Source of the DNA: an uncultured Anaerolineales bacterium
Lineage (GTDB): Bacteria; Chloroflexota; Anaerolineae; UBA1429
Length of the DNA: 64,000 nt
NCBI GenBank assembly: GCA_964651255.1
Contig: CAZYWU010000001.1
Span: 131,890 to 195,889 of the forward strand
Direction: 5' to 3'
Part shown: positions 37,437-47,257 of the stretch, in pieces
Numbering within the stretch: the stretch's first letter is position 1
Layout: each line of letters opens with the position of its first letter
Position numbers and translations under genes: made by a program
The notes under the pieces: model-generated
Told to the model about the DNA's origin: nothing
The model's database searches: none
The model's input: only the letters and a program-made list of their open reading frames with translations

Positions 37437-37847
37437 CTAGCTCTCGTCGTCTGCGACGTGAATCGGTCGCTCTCGGCGCCGCGGCGTCACGCCACTCGGC
37501 CCTGCTTCCAGCAGGTTCGCGCAGCGAACACAGAGACTGGTCTCTGGCATGATCATCAGGCGCTCTGGGTCGATCTCCGCGCCGCAGTTCTTGCAGATAC
37601 CATACAGGCCTTTGCGCACACGATCGATGGCCTCATCGAGTGAACGAAGCCTGTCCTCGCGGTTCTGAATCAGCGAGATAACTTTGCCACGCTCATAGAT
37701 GGCAGCCGCCGCATCGGCCGAGTCCTCATCTGTGGCGGAAGCCGGTTCGATCTCCTCCTGGAGTTGTTCGCGGAGATGTGCTATCTCCTCAACTGTACGC
37801 GCCCGCTCGGCCTCCAACTCCCGTATCTTGTCTTCACGCTTGCTCAT
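37437..37847 (-). CDS. DksA/TraR-family C4 zinc-finger protein
   Basis: CKNCGAEI...CVRC zinc finger preceded by a coiled-coil region. The start at 37847 is chosen just after the apt stop. Confidence 0.7.
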   Translation of the reverse strand: MSKREDKIRELEAERARTVEEIAHLREQLQEEIEPASATDEDSADAAAAIYERGKVISLIQNREDRLRSLDEAIDRVRKGLYGICKNCGAEIDPERLMIMPETSLCVRCANLLEAGPSGVTPRRRERPIHVADDES

Positions 37848-37848
37848 A

Positions 37849-38373
37849 TCATGATCCTTCCTTGAACGTGACAAGCGAATGTACATCATAGCCAGTCAGC
37901 TTATCACGGCCGCGCAAGAAACCCAGTTCGACCAGAAACGACATACCTGCGACAATACCGCCCACGCTCTCCACCAGCTCGGCGGCCGCGCGGGCAGAGC
38001 CTCCCGTGGCCAACAGGTCGTCGACGACCAGTACCCGTTCTCCTGGCTTGATGGCATCGCGATGCATTTCGAGGCGGTTCACGCCATACTCGAGGGTATA
38101 CTCCGCACCCACGGTCTCGGCCGGTAGCTTGCCGGGCTTGCGCACCGGGACAAAACCGGCATCCAGCAGATAGGCAAGCGGGGCGCCCAGGATGAATCCG
38201 CGTGCCTCGATCCCCACGACACTGTCAATCTGGGCGTCGGTGTAGTGTGCTGCCATCTGCTCAATGGCTGAGCGTAGCGATTGATGATCATGCAGGAGCG
38301 GCGTGATGTCCTTGAATTGAATCCCCTCGATGGGGAAATTGGGTATGTTTCGAATCTGTTCTTCCAGACTCAT
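37849..38373 (-). CDS. apt: adenine phosphoribosyltransferase
   Basis: VLVVDDLLATGGSA PRPP motif. 174 aa. Confidence 0.9.
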   Translation of the reverse strand: MSLEEQIRNIPNFPIEGIQFKDITPLLHDHQSLRSAIEQMAAHYTDAQIDSVVGIEARGFILGAPLAYLLDAGFVPVRKPGKLPAETVGAEYTLEYGVNRLEMHRDAIKPGERVLVVDDLLATGGSARAAAELVESVGGIVAGMSFLVELGFLRGRDKLTGYDVHSLVTFKEGS

Positions 38374-38722
38374 CGAATCATCACCCCGATCGTTTGGTGC
38401 TAAAAGTCATATAGCCTGTCGGGGTGGTCCCAACAGGCAGTTGATCTCTTGACTCACGATGTTACCATTTACTCTCCACTCTGTCAAAAACCTGGTCTGC
38501 CTTCCTGTCCGGTTTGCTTTCCGCGGCAAAGGCGCGGAGCAGGTCTGGGCACATGGCTGGACGGCGCTCTGCGGCCACGGCAGTGTCCTGTGGTATAATG
38601 TGGCTGAGCATATCGCAGTACGCTGCGTTCCGGGATTCGATCCAGGGCGGTTGCGGGTTCTCTCTGGTTATAGTGGCCAGAGATCGCGTTACTTACAGTA
38701 CTCTACGGTGAGGACTAGACGG

Positions 38723-40018
38723 ATGACATCGCAGGTCCACAGCATTCTGCAGTTTGAGAGCGCGTTGAGCCGAGACGCTCAGCGCAAGATCCGCAAGATC
38801 GGTGCTGCTGATCTGGTGATTGGCATTCCCAGCCATCGCAACGGCCGTACCATCGGCGAGGTTGTTGATGCAGTGATCGCGGGGGTAAGGGCCTACTTTC
38901 CTGATGTGCAGGTTGTGTTGATGAATGCGGATGGAGGGTCGTCGGATAACACCGTCAAGCACCTGGAGGACGCCGATGTGCCCGAAAACGTTGTCAAACT
39001 GCTGACAACCTATGAGGGTATCACGGGCAAAGGCACGGCGATTCGCAGCATATTTGAGGCTGCTGGACGGCTTGGCGCCAGAGCCTGTGCTATCGTTGAG
39101 GCCAGAGCGATCGGCATTCAGCCAGAATGGCTTCCCGCCCTGATTACGCCTGTCCTGCAGGGTGATGATGTCGTCATGGCATGTTACCAGCGCTCTGCGC
39201 TTGATGCCGCGCTCACAGACAATCTCGTCTTTCCGTTTCTCCACAGCTTTTGGGCTTCTGAGCTGCGTGAGCCGCTGGCAAGCGAGTTCTGTGTATCTGG
39301 GACTATGGCCGTGCACCTAGCCGAGTGTGATGTCTGGGAGACGAACGTATCGCGTTTTGGAGTCAACGTCTGGTTAGCGCTCCACGCACTTGCCGAACAT
39401 CTCAGGCTCGCGCAGGTCGATCTGGGCTATCGTGGCGCCAGTGGTGGTGAGCCAGCAGCTCCTGGCGACCTGCGGTTTATCCATACTGTCGGCACACTTT
39501 TCCGGGCCCTGACCCTGTACCGGCGCACCTGGACGCAAGGCGTAGCCTTTGGCAATGTCCCCTTCCGAGGCCTGCGCGCTCCCGATCGCGCCATGGATTC
39601 TGACCAGGACTTGGCGCCGTTCGACGAAGCCTTCCGCGCTGGTTTTCAAGACTATATCGAGGATTGGCAGGGCATCCTGACACCCGAGGCGCTCACTGCC
39701 CTGAAAGAGATCCCCCTGAACAGAGCCGAGGTTCCGGCTGTCCCGGTGGCGCTCTGGGTTCGCCTGGTCTACGAGTTTGCGACCGTCTTTAACAAGGGTG
39801 AGGGCGATCCTGACAAGGTTATCGAAGCTCTCCTGCCGATCTTTTATGGCAGGGCGGCAACGTATGCTCGCGAAGTGGCCTCTCTCACCGTCCGTGGGCG
39901 CGATGATGTGGTTCAGGGAATCTGCTCAGAGTTTGACGAGCAACGGCCCTATTTTCAGGAGCTATGGGACACTTACCAGGAGTGGGAGGACGACGTCACA
40001 CGGTTCTGGACGAGCTAG
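38723..40018 (+). CDS. GT-A fold glycosyltransferase (family 2/81-like)
   Basis: LVIGIPSHRNGRTIGEVV...NADGGSSDNT nucleotide-sugar-binding region. GGTGAGGA SD 8 nt before the ATG at 38723. The ORF starting at 38459 is over-extended. Confidence 0.55.
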   Translation: MTSQVHSILQFESALSRDAQRKIRKIGAADLVIGIPSHRNGRTIGEVVDAVIAGVRAYFPDVQVVLMNADGGSSDNTVKHLEDADVPENVVKLLTTYEGITGKGTAIRSIFEAAGRLGARACAIVEARAIGIQPEWLPALITPVLQGDDVVMACYQRSALDAALTDNLVFPFLHSFWASELREPLASEFCVSGTMAVHLAECDVWETNVSRFGVNVWLALHALAEHLRLAQVDLGYRGASGGEPAAPGDLRFIHTVGTLFRALTLYRRTWTQGVAFGNVPFRGLRAPDRAMDSDQDLAPFDEAFRAGFQDYIEDWQGILTPEALTALKEIPLNRAEVPAVPVALWVRLVYEFATVFNKGEGDPDKVIEALLPIFYGRAATYAREVASLTVRGRDDVVQGICSEFDEQRPYFQELWDTYQEWEDDVTRFWTS

Positions 40019-40764
40019 CCAGATTCTTCGGTCGACCGTGCTCCAGGGTTTCTCTGTCTCACCAGCGAAGGATATGCCATGTTGAGGTCGTTGTTACCTG
40101 GTGCTTCCCTTCTGGCGGCTCTCACTCGTACTCTGATGGCGCTGCTGCTCCTCATCATCGGACTCACGGCGGGCGCCGCACGAGAAGTCAAGGCGCGCTG
40201 CATTGTGCAGTTGGTATCCCCTGATGGCCTGTTGCGCGCTTTTGGGATAGCCACTTTCCGACGCCATCGCAGCGGATGTCACTGAGCTTCAAAGGCTATC
40301 CCGTGGGTTGCGTTGGCTACACCTCACCAAAGGTGATCGCTGCCCGGCCGTAGTTTTGCTGTGTCCCCTCGGCCCAGGGTCACTCTGGGATCGTGGTTAC
40401 TTTTTTTATCCCCATCGGGATGCGTACGCGTGCCGGTCTGGGGAATGGTTCCATCGCCGCCGGCTAAGCCAGTCCGCTTGTTGTCGACAACGATCGAGTT
40501 CTTTGGCGGTGGCATGGATACACGCCCGTGCATTGATGCACCTGTCGAATTCACTATGGATGACTTTGTCTCTACGCGCACGGCCGTAACGACCGTCAGA
40601 CCTGCGTCGACGCCTACACCCACGCCGGAGCCGACAACTTGAGCCTGCGCTTGTTGCCACGATTGTTCCTGCGCCCGTGTGGCTGTGGCACCTGCCGTTG
40701 GCGCATCGTTAGCTACTGCTGAACCCGGGGGCATCGGCGGGCAGGGTCCGCGCGGGCAACACGG

Positions 40765-40800
40765 ACTGAGACAACAAAGACCGCCCAATATCGGGCGGCC
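40765..40800 (-). terminator. rho-independent terminator downstream of tmRNA
   Basis: Minus-strand stem GGCCGCCC-gatatt-GGGCGGTC followed by TTTGTTGTCTC. Confidence 0.5.
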
Positions 40801-40828
40801 TCTGCGCACCACAGGCCCTGATGCTTTA

Positions 40829-41216
40829 TGGTGGAGATGGCGGGAATCGAACCCGCGTCCAGAAAGTTCGACCAGAGGCGTCTACAAGCTTGTTCGCTCC
40901 TATGATCTCGCGGGCCCGTCCTCGAGCGACAGATTTCGGACCTCGCCAGCCGATTCATCTTTGACCGGTGGTATCGGCATTAGCCGGCCGCATCCCGACT
41001 TTGTCGACGCCTGGCTCCTCCCTCTCGGGAAAAGTGAGGGACAGACGTGACGGACTCTGTCCGTCAGTGGCTCTACTCAGCCGTTGTTACGCGGCGAGAG
41101 CGAATGCCGGTGTAGTGCTTGTGTTGGCACTTGATTGTTTGCCTCTGATTAGCGAGGTTGAGGCACCTCGGCTTGCAGCCTGTGACCAGCCCTCCCTGTC
41201 GAGACCTTTCATCCCC
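40829..41216 (-). ncRNA. ssrA: transfer-messenger RNA (tmRNA)
   Basis: Minus-strand 5' GGGGAUGAAAGGUCUCGAC... and 3' ...GCGGGUUCGAUUCCCGCCAUCUCCACCA (T-arm, acceptor stem, CCA). Internal tag reading frame ...PAFALAA followed by UAA. smpB lies 1.1 kb away on the same strand. Confidence 0.8.
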
Positions 41217-41368
41217 AACATAACCAGTATACCACGAGCGCCCCCTGCGTGCAACCTGTCGTGGCGAATCGGTCCGGCGCTCACAGGCAGGGTCCGGAGA
41301 AAGCCTGATTGTTCACGCGGGTCTGCGCCCGTATAATGACCACACAAGTGCACGGGGAGGTACAGGCC

Positions 41369-42238
41369 ATGGGCGATGTTCAGATTGGGGTCATTGGCGG
41401 AAGTGGGATGTACGAGATCGAGGGGCTGACGGATATCGAGAGGCAGTTTCCCGAGACGCCCTTTGGTCGTCCCAGTGACGAGATCGTCACCGGCACGTTG
41501 CGGGGCGTGCGTATCGCCTTTCTGCCTCGCCATGGACGCGGACACGTGCTGAGTCCCAGCGAGTTGCCGTCACAGGCAAACATCTGGGCGCTCAAGATGC
41601 TCGGTGTGCAATCCATTCTCTCGATCAGCGCCGTGGGCAGCTTGCGGGCTGAGCTCGAGCCGCGGCACATCGTGATTCCGGACCAGCTGATCGATCGTAC
41701 CAAGGGGATCCGCCCGCCGTCTTTCTTTGGTCAGGGCATCGTGACCCATATCTCCTTCGCAGAACCCTATTGTCCGGAACTGCGGCACATTGTCTATGAG
41801 GCGACCAAAGAGGTCATGGGGGCTGCTGCGCACGATGGTGGCACCCTTGTGGTCATGGAGGGGCCCCAGTTTTCCACGCGTGCCGAGTCGCGCTTTTACA
41901 GGCAGATTGGAGGCGACCTCATCGGTATGACGGCCCTGCCGGAGGCGAAACTGGCTCGCGAAGCAGGCATCTGCTACTGCACACTGGCGCTGGTTACGGA
42001 CTATGACAGCTGGCACGACAGCGAAGAGTCTGTCACGGTGGAGATGGTGGTCAACAACATGACGGCGAATGTCGAGCACGCCAAGGCCATTGTCGCGGCC
42101 AGTGCACCGCGCATCGGTGCGAGCACACGTGCGTGCACCTGCCACGACGCTTTACGAAACGCGATCATCACCCGTGCGGACAGCATCCCGGAAGAGCGCA
42201 GGGAGATGCTTTGGCCACTGATCGGTCCCTATCTCTGA
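41369..42238 (+). CDS. mtnP: S-methyl-5'-thioadenosine phosphorylase
   Basis: IGVIGGSG start and PNP/MTAP family motifs. GGGGAGG SD 8 nt before the ATG at 41369. Confidence 0.85.
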   Translation: MGDVQIGVIGGSGMYEIEGLTDIERQFPETPFGRPSDEIVTGTLRGVRIAFLPRHGRGHVLSPSELPSQANIWALKMLGVQSILSISAVGSLRAELEPRHIVIPDQLIDRTKGIRPPSFFGQGIVTHISFAEPYCPELRHIVYEATKEVMGAAAHDGGTLVVMEGPQFSTRAESRFYRQIGGDLIGMTALPEAKLAREAGICYCTLALVTDYDSWHDSEESVTVEMVVNNMTANVEHAKAIVAASAPRIGASTRACTCHDALRNAIITRADSIPEERREMLWPLIGPYL

Positions 42239-42295
42239 GGCCGGCGCTAAGGTAGGGCAGCGTAACGGCAATGGGGCAAGGGGCGGCTGCCATGA

Positions 42296-42784
42296 CTAGT
42301 GCAGGCGCTCTTTGATCTCACGCTCGATCTCGCGTTCAGTATCGCGGTCTCGCAGGCTCTCCCGTTTGTCGTACGTGTGCTTGCCTTTGGCCAGGCCGAT
42401 CTCGACCTTGGCACGGTTGTTCTTGAGATAAAGGCGCGTCGGCACGACGGTATAGCCGCGCTGTTCCACCTGCGCGCGCAGACGTTGGATCTCCCGGCGG
42501 TGAAGCAGCAGCTTGCGATCGCGCACAGGATCGTGATCGAGATAGCTGGCCTCGTTGTAGCCGGCGATGTGGGCGCCTATCAGCCAGGCTTCGCCCTCGC
42601 GAAAGGCTACATAACTGTCGCGCAGGTTGACCCTGCCGGCTCTGATGGACTTTATCTCTGACCCATGCAGAGCCAGGCCAGCCTCAAGCGTTTCTGTGAT
42701 GGAATAATCGTGAAACGCTTTGCGATTCTGGCTAATGGTTCTGTTTGGGCCCTGGTCAGTTTTCTCTCCGCGTTTGTTCCTGGC
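42296..42784 (-). CDS. smpB: SsrA-binding protein
   Basis: ISQNRKAFHDYSI...GSEIKS canonical SmpB sequence. The ORF from 42940 is over-extended. Confidence 0.9.
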   Translation of the reverse strand, partial: ARNKRGEKTDQGPNRTISQNRKAFHDYSITETLEAGLALHGSEIKSIRAGRVNLRDSYVAFREGEAWLIGAHIAGYNEASYLDHDPVRDRKLLLHRREIQRLRAQVEQRGYTVVPTRLYLKNNRAKVEIGLAKGKHTYDKRESLRDRDTEREIEREIKERLH

Positions 42785-42795
42785 CATTGCGTCCC

Positions 42796-44073
42796 CTAAC
42801 GGGATTCCTCGAGCAAGTATTGCACGGCGCGGTCCAGCTGCGGATCCTCGCCAGCCGCGGCCTGGTCGGGCGTAATCTCTACCAGAATGTCGGGCTCGAT
42901 GCCGTCTCCCTCGAGGATGCGCCCCCCGGGGAGCACCCACTTGGCGATGGTCACGCGCAGGCTCGACCCATCGCTCAACGTATGCGTAGACTGAACCGAA
43001 CCCTTACCATACGTCGTGACTCCGATCAGGGCACCACGGCCGTGATACTGGATCGCTCCTGCCACAATCTCTGAGGCGCTGGCACTCCCACCATTGACAA
43101 GCACCACCAGAGGAATGTCGGTTGCCTGTCCGTTTCGCCTCACCGTGTAGGCGCGGGGCTCCTGATCGCGTTGCTGTTCCGTCACCACGAGCGTTCCGCG
43201 CGGTAAAAACTCGCTGGCGATTTCGATGGCCATATTCAGATAACCGCCAGGATTGTTGCGCAGGTCCAGAATCAGGCCAACGGGGTCCTCTCGGTCAAGT
43301 TCGCGGAGCGCCCTTTGCACCTGCTCCAGAGCGACAGCATTGAACTCGGCCAACGCGATGTAGGCGATGTCCCCATCCAGCATGCGGCTCTCAACGGTTG
43401 CCACCTCGATCTCGTCCCGGGTGACCTCCACGGTGAACGGCTCTTCAATGCCCTCTCGCTCGATCAACAGGGCAACGACGGTCCCCTTGGGGCCACGGAT
43501 CAGCGTGATGGCATCCATAAGCTCCATCCCCTCGATGGATATACCATCGACGGCGAGCACCCGGTCCCCGGCCTGAATGCCGGCCGCAACAGCGGGACTG
43601 TTGGGCAGGGGCTGCACAATTGTCAGGACGCCATCCACGAGATCGACGGTGGCACCGATACCTTCGAAGGAACCCTGCATGTCCTCTTCCATGATTGCGG
43701 CTTGCACAGGCTCCACAAACATCGTGTTGGGGTCGCCCAGTGACGACACCAGTCCGGAAGCGGCACCGTAGGTCATCTCCACTGGATCGAGGCGGTCAGG
43801 GTCGATGTACTCTTGCTCGAGCAGCGCGGTGATCTCATCCAGAAGCCGCTCCCGGTCGCTGCTGCCTATGCGTGTCTTGATCGGGGACCCCGCGGGCTCT
43901 GTTGCCATTGGCGCTTCTGTGGCGACACTGGCCTGTGACGGCCCCGCTACCCACATGGTGGCCATTCCCGCGGCAAAGCCGATGCCAACGAGCACGGCGA
44001 CAAGGAAAATGGTCGCGATCACCTGTCCGATTGTGACTGTGTGCTTGCGTCGCGTTTCTGCCTGTATTTCCAT
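42796..44073 (-). CDS. S41-family carboxyl-terminal processing protease (PDZ domain)
   Basis: N-terminal TM anchor, PDZ (GIQAGDRVLAVDG), and VVLVNGGSASASEIVAGA S41 catalytic-region motif. Confidence 0.85.
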   Translation of the reverse strand: MEIQAETRRKHTVTIGQVIATIFLVAVLVGIGFAAGMATMWVAGPSQASVATEAPMATEPAGSPIKTRIGSSDRERLLDEITALLEQEYIDPDRLDPVEMTYGAASGLVSSLGDPNTMFVEPVQAAIMEEDMQGSFEGIGATVDLVDGVLTIVQPLPNSPAVAAGIQAGDRVLAVDGISIEGMELMDAITLIRGPKGTVVALLIEREGIEEPFTVEVTRDEIEVATVESRMLDGDIAYIALAEFNAVALEQVQRALRELDREDPVGLILDLRNNPGGYLNMAIEIASEFLPRGTLVVTEQQRDQEPRAYTVRRNGQATDIPLVVLVNGGSASASEIVAGAIQYHGRGALIGVTTYGKGSVQSTHTLSDGSSLRVTIAKWVLPGGRILEGDGIEPDILVEITPDQAAAGEDPQLDRAVQYLLEESR

Positions 44074-44286
44074 TGCGTGCCCTTTTATCCTCGCGATAAT
44101 GAGGACTGTAGTATAGCACACAGACAGGTGCGTCCCAATTGGTGGCAGAGCTGGCCGAACGAGGCGTGGCCAGCGGGCCGTGCTATCATGCCGGAGTGGT
44201 CTGATTGGCGAGCACCGTTGCGTGGCTGTCTTTGAGGTGAGCTCGATCTGCTGAGTGCCACAGGGAGGGGTGTAAGGTTGCTCCCT

Positions 44287-45504
44287 TTAGCCAGCCTTCT
44301 GCATTTCCGATCTCGGCTGCCGGGCACGAGCGTGGGTCTCTTCAGCAACAAGCCAGAACGCCAGCCCTACGAAGATGAATAGCAGGCCGTTCGCCCAGAG
44401 TGCCGTGCCATGATCGAACCGGTCGCTCAGCGCTCCAAGCAGGATCGGTCCCAGGACCATACCCACGTCGCTGACGGTACGAAACATGCCCATCGTTAGC
44501 CCTCGCCCACCGGGAAGGTCCAGGTCCGAGACGTAGGCGGCCGGTGCAGGGCCACCGACACCGGTGCCCAGGCCGAGCAGAAGACTGCTGGCCATGAAAT
44601 GGAGATAGGTATGGCCCAGCGCATAGCTGATCACCGCCAGGCCGCAGAGAATACAGCTGGGCACGATGGCGGTCTTGCGCCCGTAACGATCACACAGGAT
44701 GCCAGAGACGTTGATCGTGAGAAAGTTGATCGCTGCGATGGCGGTAAAGGCATATCCAAGCCTGGCGGGGCCTATTCCCAGGCGATCGCTGCCTAACAAG
44801 GGTAGGATGGTGTTCTGCGTGCCAGATCGCGTGAAAAAGATCGCCAGGGATACCAGGGAGATGAGAAGGAAATTACGGTTGCGCAACAAGGCGAGTCCGT
44901 TCGGGCGTGGCGAGGTCGCTACTGGTCTTACGGGGCTGACTCGATTTCCGGTGTCATCCGCGGCGCTGAGACTGCGGGTCTCTGGCACAACGAAAAAGGC
45001 CCAGGCGGCGGCGCACAGCGCCAGCGCACCATAGACAAAAAAGGGCATCCGGTAGCCGAACTGCTCTCCGAGAAGACCTCCGATTATGGGGCCGACGCCG
45101 GTACCAAGCAGAAGGGCACCCTGATAGGTGCTCATCGTCCGACCTCGATCTCGTGGCGTGCTGATATCCGCCACAACGATCATGCTCGCGGTCATCTGAA
45201 AGGCCGAGCCTGCACCCTGGAGGAGGCGAAAGACGATCATCTGACCGAAGCTGCTGGCCATGCCGCTGAGCACAGCCGACACGGCGATGAGGAGAGGTCC
45301 AGCCACAAGTAGCGGGCGTCGCCCGATACGCTCTGCCAGGGCCCCCGCAGGGACGTTGATCGGTATGCGCGCGATGCCAAAGCTCGAGATCAAAAGGCCG
45401 ACCATCGCGGCGCTGACACCAAAGGAGTCGGCATAGAGGGGGAGCACCGGTCCGATGATCCCGACACCCAGCATGTTGATGAAGGTCTGGCCGACCATCG
45501 CCAT
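44287..45504 (-). CDS. MFS transporter
   Basis: 12 predicted TM helices and GIARIP...AERIGRR MFS signature. Start uncertain (45504 or 45588). Confidence 0.75.
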   Translation of the reverse strand: MAMVGQTFINMLGVGIIGPVLPLYADSFGVSAAMVGLLISSFGIARIPINVPAGALAERIGRRPLLVAGPLLIAVSAVLSGMASSFGQMIVFRLLQGAGSAFQMTASMIVVADISTPRDRGRTMSTYQGALLLGTGVGPIIGGLLGEQFGYRMPFFVYGALALCAAAWAFFVVPETRSLSAADDTGNRVSPVRPVATSPRPNGLALLRNRNFLLISLVSLAIFFTRSGTQNTILPLLGSDRLGIGPARLGYAFTAIAAINFLTINVSGILCDRYGRKTAIVPSCILCGLAVISYALGHTYLHFMASSLLLGLGTGVGGPAPAAYVSDLDLPGGRGLTMGMFRTVSDVGMVLGPILLGALSDRFDHGTALWANGLLFIFVGLAFWLVAEETHARARQPRSEMQKAG

Positions 45505-45691
45505 CAAGATGCCGGGATTCTGGGACCAGGTCAGAAGGCGAGCTGATCTCCGTCCTGTTCCAACGTGCTGTGAGTCCCTCGAGCGCATCCATACTCCTCG
45601 TGTGCGAGATCTGGCTGTGACACCAGAGCCTCGGGGCGGCGGCTGGCGTAGGGCCTATGTTCGGTGTATTGATCGGTCTGTTGGATCAGGC

Positions 45692-47134
45692 CTACTGGCG
45701 CGCCGCCAGCTCTGTCTTGAGCATCTCGGTTGCGACAGCGACGTTCGCCTGGCCGCGCGTCTGGCGCATGACCTGGCCCACCAGAAAGCCCAGAACCTGC
45801 GACTTGCCTTCGAGATACTGCTGAACGGGACGCGGGTTCTGCTCCAGAACGGCAAGAACCACGGCTCTTAGTGCGTCCTCATCGTTGATCTGGGCCAGCC
45901 CGCGGCGGTCAACGATCTCCTCGGCGCCGCGCCCCGTACTGAACATCTCGCTCAGCACCTCCTTGGCCGTGGTCCCGTTGATCGTTGCTTTCTCGAGAAG
46001 CTCTAGGAGTACTGCAAGGGCCGCAGGCGATACCTGGCAGTTGGCGATCTCTGTTCCGCTTTCACTCAATAAGCGGAAGAGCTCCACGAGCACCCAGTTG
46101 GCCACTGTTTGCGCTGCAACTTTGGTCGTGGCCCGACAGGTAGACTCGAAATAGTCAGCGATCTGCTGATCCTGCGTGAGCAGTTCGGCGTCGGCCATGC
46201 GAATGCCGTACTCAGCGACGAGCCGCTCGCGCTTGGCATCGGGCAGCTCGGGCATGCGTTCGAGAATCTTATTACGCCAGATCTCGTCGATCTCGATCGG
46301 CGGAAGGTCGGGCTCGGGAAAGTACCGATAGTCCTCGGCGCCTTCCTTGGACCGTTGGAACACGGTGCGATGGTTCGTCTCGTCCCAGCCCATGGTGACC
46401 TGGTGCACCTGGCGGCCCTGTTCGAGCAGGTTCACTTGCCGCTCGTATTCGTACGCGATGGCCATGCGGACCGACCGGAACGAGTTGAGATTCTTTATCT
46501 CTACCTTGGTTCCCAGTTCCTCAGCACCGGCTGGTCGCACGGAGATATTCGCCTCACACCGCATGGCGCCCTCTTCCATATTACCCGTGCTGACACCCAG
46601 GTAGCGCAGAATCTGGCGAAGCTTGACCAGATAGGCATAGGCATCCTCTGCGGTGTGCATGTCGGCCTCGGTCACGATCTCCATCAGCGGGACGCCCGAA
46701 CGGTTAAAGTCCACCAGGCTGACACCATTCTGGTGGACGAGGCGGGCGGTATCCTCTTCCAGGTGAACACGGCGGATGCCGAAACGCCGGGGGGTCCCCT
46801 CCACCATCACGTCCAGGTAGCCATTCGTGCACAGAGGCAGGTCGTACTGGCTGATCTGATAGCCCTTGGGAAGGTCAGGATAGTGGTAGTTTTTCCGATC
46901 GAACTTGCTAAAGGTCGGAATGGTGCAGTTCAGCGCCATGCCCGTGAGGACTGTCGCCTCCACCGCCACGCGGTTGATCATCGGCAGCACCCCGGGCATG
47001 CCCAGGCAGATCGGGCAGGTGTGCGAATTGGGGGCCGCAGAAGTCAGATCATTGGGGCAGGCGCAGAACATCTTGGTCCGCGTCAGTATCTCGGCATGAA
47101 CCTCCATGCCGATGGTGGCTGTGTATTGCTGCAT
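45692..47134 (-). CDS. gatB: Asp/Glu-tRNA amidotransferase subunit B
   Basis: [19 protein letters not shown]...CPICLG zinc-binding motif and GatB/YqeY C-terminus. ATG at 47134 with a GAGGAG SD. Confidence 0.9.
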   Translation of the reverse strand: MQQYTATIGMEVHAEILTRTKMFCACPNDLTSAAPNSHTCPICLGMPGVLPMINRVAVEATVLTGMALNCTIPTFSKFDRKNYHYPDLPKGYQISQYDLPLCTNGYLDVMVEGTPRRFGIRRVHLEEDTARLVHQNGVSLVDFNRSGVPLMEIVTEADMHTAEDAYAYLVKLRQILRYLGVSTGNMEEGAMRCEANISVRPAGAEELGTKVEIKNLNSFRSVRMAIAYEYERQVNLLEQGRQVHQVTMGWDETNHRTVFQRSKEGAEDYRYFPEPDLPPIEIDEIWRNKILERMPELPDAKRERLVAEYGIRMADAELLTQDQQIADYFESTCRATTKVAAQTVANWVLVELFRLLSESGTEIANCQVSPAALAVLLELLEKATINGTTAKEVLSEMFSTGRGAEEIVDRRGLAQINDEDALRAVVLAVLEQNPRPVQQYLEGKSQVLGFLVGQVMRQTRGQANVAVATEMLKTELAARQ

Positions 47135-47257
47135 GGTGCTCCTCAGATCAAGCAGATGGCTTGGATTATAGACGTGACGCGCGCGTGCGGCGAACAGGCG
47201 TGCGCAACCGGTGCCGCGATGCCATGGTATAGTTTGGGCACTGGTTGAGCACGTCAC

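Noticed and set aside
40020-40828. Genomic island or prophage remnant integrated at the tmRNA 3' end
   Set aside because: Only about 0.8 kb lies between tmRNA and the next gene. No integrase, no direct repeat of the tmRNA 3' end, and no obvious change in composition.
46109-47248. 379-aa plus-strand ORF antisense to gatB
   Set aside because: gatB is unambiguous. The antisense frame is His/Gly/Ala-rich noise.
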